Source of the DNA: a virus
Taxonomy: Duplodnaviria > Caudoviricetes
Virus record (IMG/VR): IMGVR_UViG_3300011339_000283
Location: 1 to 32,248 of that record
Reading direction: 5' to 3' (one strand)
Length of the DNA stretch: 32,248 nucleotides
The position numbers and the translations under genes were made by a program. Positions 25,964 through 32,248 of the stretch are shown piece by piece. Position 1 is the stretch's first letter. Each line of letters starts with the position of its first letter. Below the pieces are notes generated by a model. That model was not told where the DNA came from, did no database searches, and saw nothing but the letters and a program-made list of their open reading frames with translations.

Positions 25964-28516
25964 ATGCCACACGCAAGCCTCAAGCTAATACCAGGTGTTG
26001 ACCAGAACAGGACACCCGCCCTAAATGAGGCGGCTATCTCTGAGAGCAATCTGATCAGGTTTGTGCCAGATCGGCAGGGCCTTGGGCTGCCTCAAAAGCT
26101 TGGAGGCTGGACGCAGTTTGTCAGCAATGCTCAGTCTTCGGTTGTGCGCGCCCTGCACTCTTGGGCCAACATAGACGGCGAATCTTATTTGGCAATTGGG
26201 GATGAGGACAGTCTAAACATTGCAACAGCCAACGGCTTTTCATCTGAAATATCGCCCCAGTTCTACGAATACAATCTTCCAGTGTCGGTTGACACGGTGA
26301 GTGGATCGGCCACTGTAACCATCAATGACACTAATTCAAATATTTCATCGTACGATGGTGTAAACATCCTGACTCCAATCAGCGTGGGTGGCATCATACT
26401 GTCTGGGTATTACCCTCCAATTGCCTTGAACGATGATGCGTACCAAGTTGTTGCCCGAAACATTATTGGCCTGACAACACCCGCCACGCAGACATTTTCG
26501 GTTACCGCGATAACGGTATCAGGTTCGTCACCCAACTTCATTGCCACGGCGATTTGCTCCCCATCCACTACCGTTGTGACGGTTGGCTCCACAGTAACTT
26601 TTTCAGGTGTAACTCCAGTTGGGTACAATGCTGCTTGGACAGTCCTCACATCGTCTGCTGGGACGTTTACCTTCTCAACTGGCACGACCAACTTTGGCCC
26701 CTTGACTGTGGCTGGCACCTTTATTGCGCCTAGCGGCGCGGTGCCTGTTTTTGACACCACGAGCGGCCAGATCAATGTTAAGGTAACCTTGGCAAACCAT
26801 GGGTACACTGCGGGATCGACATTTGCCATTTTGGTTCCAGTGAGCGTTGGGGGCTTGACCCTCTATGGGAATTACATCGTACTTGATACACCAGTGCTGA
26901 CAGCAAATGATTTTTACATTGCGGCGGAGAACTCTGCAACATCGACTCAGACCGTGTCAATGAATGGGGGTGCCGCAAGGATCGTCTACTACGTGGGTAA
27001 GCAGAACATACCGCCTCCAGGTGGCTTTGGTGACGGCCTCTTTGGCGCTGGCGGATTTGGCACGGGCGTAACCTCAAGTGGTGGCCGTCAACTTGCCATT
27101 GCGTCAATATCCGCATCCAGCCTCGTGGCAACGGTGACGGTAAATCAGGTTTTGTATGTCGCCCCAAATACGCGAATTACAATTACTGGCACCACAAACT
27201 ACAATGGGACGTTCATTGTCACGGCGGCAACTTCTGGCGCTACCAGTACATTCTCCTTTGCGGTGACAACAAATCCCGCAACCGAGACATCTGGGACTGT
27301 CACCACTGATTCGTGGGGATTTCCACCTGGTGTGTACAGTTCCACCAGTCAAAACGTGTCTGCACCCCTTGAGGTCAATGACTGGTCTTTGGACAACTGG
27401 GGCGGCTTCTTGATGGCAAGCCCAACCAACAGCGGTCTGTTCTATTACGACACTATGGATGGCGGCAATCATGCAAACGTTGTTCCCTATGCCCCCACAG
27501 TCAGCGAAGGCTTCTTTGTGTCGATGCCAGAGCGTCAGATCATTTGCTACGGCACGACATTCAATGGCATAAAAGACCCACTTCTGGTGCGTTGGACGGA
27601 CATTGGCAACTTTACCAGTTGGGTTGCCACGGTCAGCAATCAGGCGGGTTCTTTCCGCATCCCGAAGGGGTCTAAGATTGTCGGCGGTATGCAGGGGCCG
27701 CAGCAGGGCCTTCTGTGGACGGACACCAATTTGTGGTCGATGCAGTACATCAACTTGCCACTGGTATATTCGTTCAACGAGATTGGCGCTGGCTGCGGTT
27801 TGATTGGCCGAAAGGCCATGGGAACCATGAGTGGTATCGTGTACTGGATGAGCCAGAGCCAGTTCTTTGTCTTGGCTGGGGGTGGCGTTCAGCCGCTGCC
27901 ATGCCCCGTCTGGGATGTCATCTTCCAAGACATCGACCAAGACTACCTCAGCAACATTCGTTGCGCGCCCAACAGTCGCTTTGGCGAGATTTCTTGGTAT
28001 TACCCAACCACAGGGTCGAATGGTGTCCCCACAAAGTACGTCAAGTACAACACCCTGCTCCAGCAATGGGATTTTGGTACGCTGACCCGCACCGCTTGGA
28101 TTGATCAGGGGGTTTTCGGCCCACCCATTGGCGCTGATGATGACGGCATCATCTACCAGCATGAGACATCCCAGAATGCCGCTGGCGCTGAGATGGATGC
28201 ATATGTCCAGACAGGTTACTTTGCCCTCAGTGAGGGTGACAATATGACGTTCCTTGATCAGGTCTGGCCAGACATGAAGTGGGGATATTACGGCGGCTCG
28301 AACAATGCCAACGTCAATATCACGTTCTACGCTGTGGACTACCCAGGCCAGACACCCAGAGTTTATGGGCCGTACAACGTAAACCAAGGGACAGAGTACA
28401 TCTCGCCACGCATTCGTGCGCGCCTGATCTCAATCAAGATTGCGGGCAGCCAGATCGACACGTTCTGGCGATTGGGTAACATCCGATACCGCCTCCAACC
28501 AGATGGAAAATATTGA
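25964..28516 (+). CDS. Tail nozzle / DNA-stabilisation protein (P22 gp10-like) with inserted beta repeats
   Basis: 850 aa; QKLGGW, WSLDNWG, DPLLVRWTD, LLWTDTNLWSMQY, VYWMSQSQFF, RTAWID, WRLGNIRY. Confidence 0.8.
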   Translation: MPHASLKLIPGVDQNRTPALNEAAISESNLIRFVPDRQGLGLPQKLGGWTQFVSNAQSSVVRALHSWANIDGESYLAIGDEDSLNIATANGFSSEISPQFYEYNLPVSVDTVSGSATVTINDTNSNISSYDGVNILTPISVGGIILSGYYPPIALNDDAYQVVARNIIGLTTPATQTFSVTAITVSGSSPNFIATAICSPSTTVVTVGSTVTFSGVTPVGYNAAWTVLTSSAGTFTFSTGTTNFGPLTVAGTFIAPSGAVPVFDTTSGQINVKVTLANHGYTAGSTFAILVPVSVGGLTLYGNYIVLDTPVLTANDFYIAAENSATSTQTVSMNGGAARIVYYVGKQNIPPPGGFGDGLFGAGGFGTGVTSSGGRQLAIASISASSLVATVTVNQVLYVAPNTRITITGTTNYNGTFIVTAATSGATSTFSFAVTTNPATETSGTVTTDSWGFPPGVYSSTSQNVSAPLEVNDWSLDNWGGFLMASPTNSGLFYYDTMDGGNHANVVPYAPTVSEGFFVSMPERQIICYGTTFNGIKDPLLVRWTDIGNFTSWVATVSNQAGSFRIPKGSKIVGGMQGPQQGLLWTDTNLWSMQYINLPLVYSFNEIGAGCGLIGRKAMGTMSGIVYWMSQSQFFVLAGGGVQPLPCPVWDVIFQDIDQDYLSNIRCAPNSRFGEISWYYPTTGSNGVPTKYVKYNTLLQQWDFGTLTRTAWIDQGVFGPPIGADDDGIIYQHETSQNAAGAEMDAYVQTGYFALSEGDNMTFLDQVWPDMKWGYYGGSNNANVNITFYAVDYPGQTPRVYGPYNVNQGTEYISPRIRARLISIKIAGSQIDTFWRLGNIRYRLQPDGKY

Positions 28517-28866
28517 TGGCATCTCTGTCAGACATTCTTACCGCCGCCAAGAACCTTGTCACCTCGGTGAACCAGCTTGGCCAGACGTACCTCAAAATCA
28601 ACGGAACCGCCCGATCATCCACTCTGACTGCAACCACTTTGGTAGCCAATGGCCAAGGCAGGCTCGCCTCAATCAGTGTCGTGGTCGCTGGCAGTTCCAA
28701 CTGCGTGGTGTATGACAGCAACAACGCATCCAGCTTGACTAGCGGCTTGGCGGCAGTGGCAAACGCCGTTGGCGTGACGGTGATCAATATGCCATACAAC
28801 AATGGCCTCGTCGTTGTCCCAGGCACTGGTATGACTGTCGTAATCTCGTACTCTGAGGGAGCATAA
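28516..28866 (+). CDS. Small tail-cluster protein
   Basis: TGATG coupling; N-terminal helix plus beta-rich C-terminus (GLVVVPGTG). Confidence 0.7.
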   Translation: MASLSDILTAAKNLVTSVNQLGQTYLKINGTARSSTLTATTLVANGQGRLASISVVVAGSSNCVVYDSNNASSLTSGLAAVANAVGVTVINMPYNNGLVVVPGTGMTVVISYSEGA

Positions 28867-28867
28867 A

Positions 28868-29434
28868 ATGCCGCTAAAGCATGGATCATCGCAGGAAACC
28901 ATTTCTGATAATATCTCAGAGATGGTGGACGCTGGACACCCACAGGATCAGGCTATCGCCGCAGCCCTCAGAACCGCTCGCGCGCGCGGTGGAAGGACAA
29001 AGGTTCACAAGGGTGCCATCCACAGTTCTGTGGCTGGCCGCACAGACCACCTCCCGATGCATGTGGCATCTGGCTCCTACGTCATCCCCGCAGACATCAT
29101 CTCGGCCATGGGTGAGGGAAATTCCATGGCTGGCTTCAAGGTCGCCAAGAACATCTTCTCTGGCAAGAGGCCGTACGGGCAAAGCGGGATGCCATACGGG
29201 GCCAACGGGCTTCCATACGGCGTTCCAGCCCCACGCAAGGCTGAGGGTGGTGATGTTGATTCAGTACCCATCGTTGCGGCTGGCGGCGAGTATGTGATAC
29301 CACCCGAAGACGTTGTCGAGATTGGCAAGGGTGATCTGGATCACGGCCACAAAATATTGGACGCATTCGTAAAAAAGATGCGCCAAAGGACGATTAAAAC
29401 TTTGCAGAAATTACCTGGCCCAAAGAAGGATTAA
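28868..29434 (+). CDS. Protein with duplicated GG...G(S/E)YVIP domain
   Basis: RARGG...DHLPMHVASGSYVIPADIISAMGEG and KAEGGDVDSVPIVAAGGEYVIPPEDVVEIGKG. Confidence 0.8.
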   Translation: MPLKHGSSQETISDNISEMVDAGHPQDQAIAAALRTARARGGRTKVHKGAIHSSVAGRTDHLPMHVASGSYVIPADIISAMGEGNSMAGFKVAKNIFSGKRPYGQSGMPYGANGLPYGVPAPRKAEGGDVDSVPIVAAGGEYVIPPEDVVEIGKGDLDHGHKILDAFVKKMRQRTIKTLQKLPGPKKD

Positions 29435-29437
29435 AGC

Positions 29438-29929
29438 ATGAGTGAGATTAAGGTTCGCGTTGGGGTTCCCGAAGATTTCAATGAGATGATGCGGCTCTCG
29501 ATTGCGGCGACACAGGAAAACGCCTTCATTGCGCCAGACATTGGGCTGCTCGCAAACCAAGTGTATAAGTCACTGATCCAACAGAACGGTGTGGTTGGGG
29601 TGATTGGTAATAAGGTCGGCGGAAAGCTTCAGGGAGCGATCCTGCTCAATATCGGCCCAGTGTGGTACAGCGCGGAGCCTGTCCTTGAGGAGAAGGCGAT
29701 CTACGTTGACCCTGAGTACCGAGCCGCAAAGGGTGGGCGCGCGCGCAAGCTGGCCGAATTCGCAAAGGGAATGGCCGAGGAGCTTGACTTGCCACTGGCC
29801 ATTGGTGTGCTGTCAAACAGCAGGACTGAGGCTAAGATCAGGCTCTACGAGCGAACCTTTGGTAAGCCTGCGGGTGTCTACTTCCTTTACAATGCAAAGA
29901 CTGGTATAGTTCCCGAAACCGAGGGGTAA
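29438..29929 (+). CDS. GNAT-family acyltransferase
   Basis: VRVGVPEDF, LEEKAIYVDPEYR..GGRARKL, KIRLYERTFG; AAGGA upstream. Confidence 0.8.
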   Translation: MSEIKVRVGVPEDFNEMMRLSIAATQENAFIAPDIGLLANQVYKSLIQQNGVVGVIGNKVGGKLQGAILLNIGPVWYSAEPVLEEKAIYVDPEYRAAKGGRARKLAEFAKGMAEELDLPLAIGVLSNSRTEAKIRLYERTFGKPAGVYFLYNAKTGIVPETEG

Positions 29930-29933
29930 TCCA

Positions 29934-32248
29934 ATGGGCGGCAAGACAACAACCTCAACGAACAAGGTCACCATTCCCAAGGATGTCCTTGATCGGTATA
30001 ATGCCGTCAACGCTCAGGCGGCGCAAGCTGCCCAGAACCCGTTCCAAAAGTACGGCACTAAGCCTGAGGATTTTGTCGCCCAGTTCAACGAACAGCAACT
30101 GAAGGGTGTTGAGGGCATCAATACCGTCGCTGGTATGGGGCCAGTGTATGAAAACGTGGACAAGTATCTCAACCCCTACATTAAGAACGTTGCTGACACT
30201 ACCCGCGCGCAGATAGAGCAAGCCAATGAGCAGGCGCAGTCTGGCGCACTCGGCACCGCCATACAGTCCAATGCATTTGGTGGCGACCGCGCTGGCGTTG
30301 CCGCCGCAAACCTCGCGGGACAACAAAATCTTGCCATGGGTTCGACCATGGCAAACATTTACGGCGAGGGCTATAATAGGGCCGTCGACACAAGCATGAA
30401 TGACAGGAACAGCCTGTTGGGCGTTGCTGGTGCGCAGTTGGGCGCAGGTACTCAGATGCAGCAGACCACGCAGGCTGGCATTGACGCTCTTATCAACCAG
30501 TTCCAGCAGGAGCAGGGCTATCCATTCCAAGTGGCGCAGTTCTTGGCCAACATTGCCATGGGAACTGGCGCGCTGTCTGGATCAACCACCACAGGTACCC
30601 AGATGGCACCCTTCTTCTCGGATCGCCGCCTCAAGCACGACATCAAAAAGATTGGCGAGGCGGACAACGGCCTGCCGATCTACACCTTCAAGTACAAGGG
30701 TGATGAGCATCACCAGACCCATGTCGGCTTTATGGCTGATGAGGTTGAGAAGAAAAACCCTGAAGCTGTGGGCCTCGACCCCAGTGGCTACAAGACTGTT
30801 GACTACAACAAGGCCACGGAGAGCATGGGTGGCGCGGTCAAGGGATACGCTGAAGGCGGTGTGGCTGGGCCATACGGCACCAAGGTTGGCCAAGGTGTGG
30901 GCGTGGGCAGCTATGTGCCGCAGGCGTACCTTCCAGTTGGCGAGTTGATGGTGGCAGACCCAAGTTTTGCCCAGCAAAGCCAAGCAAACTTCTTGGATAC
31001 CCTAAATTCAGCGGCCACCGCAGGCGAGAGCGTTTTGAAAATACGCAATCTCCTTCGTGATCCTGACGCAAAGGTACCAACAAAAGAACCCGCCGCGCCT
31101 GCTGCTGCAGGTAATATCCAACAGTTCGAACCGCCAGCAGGCCTTATAGGCGGTGGCGCGGGGCGCTATGCTGTTGGCGGTGGGGTGCAGCCACAGGTGC
31201 ATGGCGATTATATGTCCAGCACACTGGCGGCGCAGGAGGCTGACAAGGACAAGCCAGAACTTAAGGTTGCTGGACAACAAGATCAGCCGAAGTCTGGCAT
31301 GGAAAACGTTGCCAGTGCCTTGGGGGCTGCCGCATCCATTGCGTCCCTATTCCCGTCTGACCGCCGCCTAAAGCATGATATTAAGAGAATTGGTAAGACT
31401 GAAAAAGGTCTGCCGATTTACACCTTCAAGTACAAGGGTGATGACCGCGAGCAAACCCACGTTGGCTTCATGGCCGATGAGGTTGAGCGCGACCATCCAG
31501 AGGCCGTTGGCAAGCGGGATGGCTACAAAACCGTTGACTACAGCCAAGCCCACAAGTTTGCCGATGGTGGCGTTGCGGGCCGTCATGGCTATGCCCTTGA
31601 TGGCGCAGTCGAGGAGCGCATTCGTGATGCCATGCGCGCAACCGCAGCCAATGAGAACAACATGCGCCTGACCCGCGATGAAGTACCCGCCGTGCAGACA
31701 CTGGGAAGCCTGCCCAATGCGAGCGTTATGGCTGCAGAGGCAGCGCCAAGGACAGCAGACGAGTCGGCAAACGCCTACAGGGCTGCCGCTGAAAACCGCT
31801 TTGCTGGCCTCGCCCCCGCTGCTGATCAGGTACGCCCTATGCCACGTCCCGCTGGCTTGGTTCCCGCCGCCACTCCCACCGTGGAACAGCGCCCAGAGCC
31901 TCGCCCAGCTGGCCTTGGCCCCGCTGCGGTAGTAAAGCCCATGCCTCGTCCAGAGGGTCTTGAGGCCTTTGCAACTGGTTATGGCGCGGCCCGAAACCAC
32001 TTCCGTACAAAAATTATTCCCCAAGAAAGCGGTGGTCGCCAGTTTGACGAAAACGGCCAACCGCTGACCTCACCCAAGGGCGCAACTGGCATTGCGCAAG
32101 TTATGAAAGCCACGGGGCCAGAAGCGGCTAAACTTGCAAATTTACCGTGGGATGAATACCCCTGGGAAAAAGATGCCGATTACAATGCTGCGATTGGTGA
32201 GGCATATTTCCTAGATCAGTATCGCAAATCTGGCCCTATTGATAAGGC
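29934..32248 (+). CDS. Ejection/DNA-transfer-type polyprotein (3' truncated): pilot-like N-domain, two peptidase S74 domains, lytic transglycosylase
   Basis: Hand translation: open from ATG 29934 (MGGKTTTST...) to window end; Q/A/G-rich with NAFGGDR; SDRRLKHDI at 30618 and 31356; IIPQESGG..SPKGATGIAQVM from ~32013. Confidence 0.9.
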   Translation, partial: MGGKTTTSTNKVTIPKDVLDRYNAVNAQAAQAAQNPFQKYGTKPEDFVAQFNEQQLKGVEGINTVAGMGPVYENVDKYLNPYIKNVADTTRAQIEQANEQAQSGALGTAIQSNAFGGDRAGVAAANLAGQQNLAMGSTMANIYGEGYNRAVDTSMNDRNSLLGVAGAQLGAGTQMQQTTQAGIDALINQFQQEQGYPFQVAQFLANIAMGTGALSGSTTTGTQMAPFFSDRRLKHDIKKIGEADNGLPIYTFKYKGDEHHQTHVGFMADEVEKKNPEAVGLDPSGYKTVDYNKATESMGGAVKGYAEGGVAGPYGTKVGQGVGVGSYVPQAYLPVGELMVADPSFAQQSQANFLDTLNSAATAGESVLKIRNLLRDPDAKVPTKEPAAPAAAGNIQQFEPPAGLIGGGAGRYAVGGGVQPQVHGDYMSSTLAAQEADKDKPELKVAGQQDQPKSGMENVASALGAAASIASLFPSDRRLKHDIKRIGKTEKGLPIYTFKYKGDDREQTHVGFMADEVERDHPEAVGKRDGYKTVDYSQAHKFADGGVAGRHGYALDGAVEERIRDAMRATAANENNMRLTRDEVPAVQTLGSLPNASVMAAEAAPRTADESANAYRAAAENRFAGLAPAADQVRPMPRPAGLVPAATPTVEQRPEPRPAGLGPAAVVKPMPRPEGLEAFATGYGAARNHFRTKIIPQESGGRQFDENGQPLTSPKGATGIAQVMKATGPEAAKLANLPWDEYPWEKDADYNAAIGEAYFLDQYRKSGPIDK
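30618..31553 (+). repeat. Dispersed direct repeat encoding the two S74 domains (~30618-30815 and ~31356-31553)
   Basis: For example ctgccgat(c/t)tacaccttcaagtacaagggtgatga is present in both copies. Confidence 0.9.

Noticed and set aside
102-32060. Numerous minus-strand and off-frame ORFs (e.g. 5482..6432, 27104..28387, 30400..30948, 31368..32060)
   Set aside because: They lie within well-supported + strand genes and lack motifs; they are expected shadows of GC-rich coding sequence.
1-32248. tRNA, rRNA, integrase or att site
   Set aside because: None recognised; intergenic spaces are short and accounted for, so lifestyle cannot be determined from this window.

Overview
Virion-morphogenesis half of a tailed-phage genome (podovirus-like, P22/HTVC010P-style gene order). 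All credible genes are on the + strand: TerL, a block of small accessory ORFs plus dCTP deaminase, portal, three large unusual proteins, GroES-like co-chaperonin, scaffold, decoration/major capsid, two GIY-YIG/NUMOD3 endonucleases, two adaptor paralogs, tail fibre, lysis cassette, nozzle, a GNAT, and a truncated ejection-type polyprotein that is missing from the ORF track (29934 to window end). The host is probably an alphaproteobacterium, which is inference only. Best candidate for an undescribed system: five genes (6478, 10175, 12459, 28868, 29934) are modules joined by about 30 copies of a short basic/aromatic-x-x-GG peptide. The modules include ART, GNAT, ParB-like, M15 peptidase, HhH-glycosylase-like, two self-cleaving S74 and SLT domains. 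A small protein (28868) resembles a stand-alone, duplicated version of the xAxGG...GE(F/Y)V domain of tape-measure C-termini and could process or dock these peptides. Separately, a compact double-pseudoknot RNA candidate lies downstream of the major capsid gene. All family calls come from motif recognition by eye; no searches were run.
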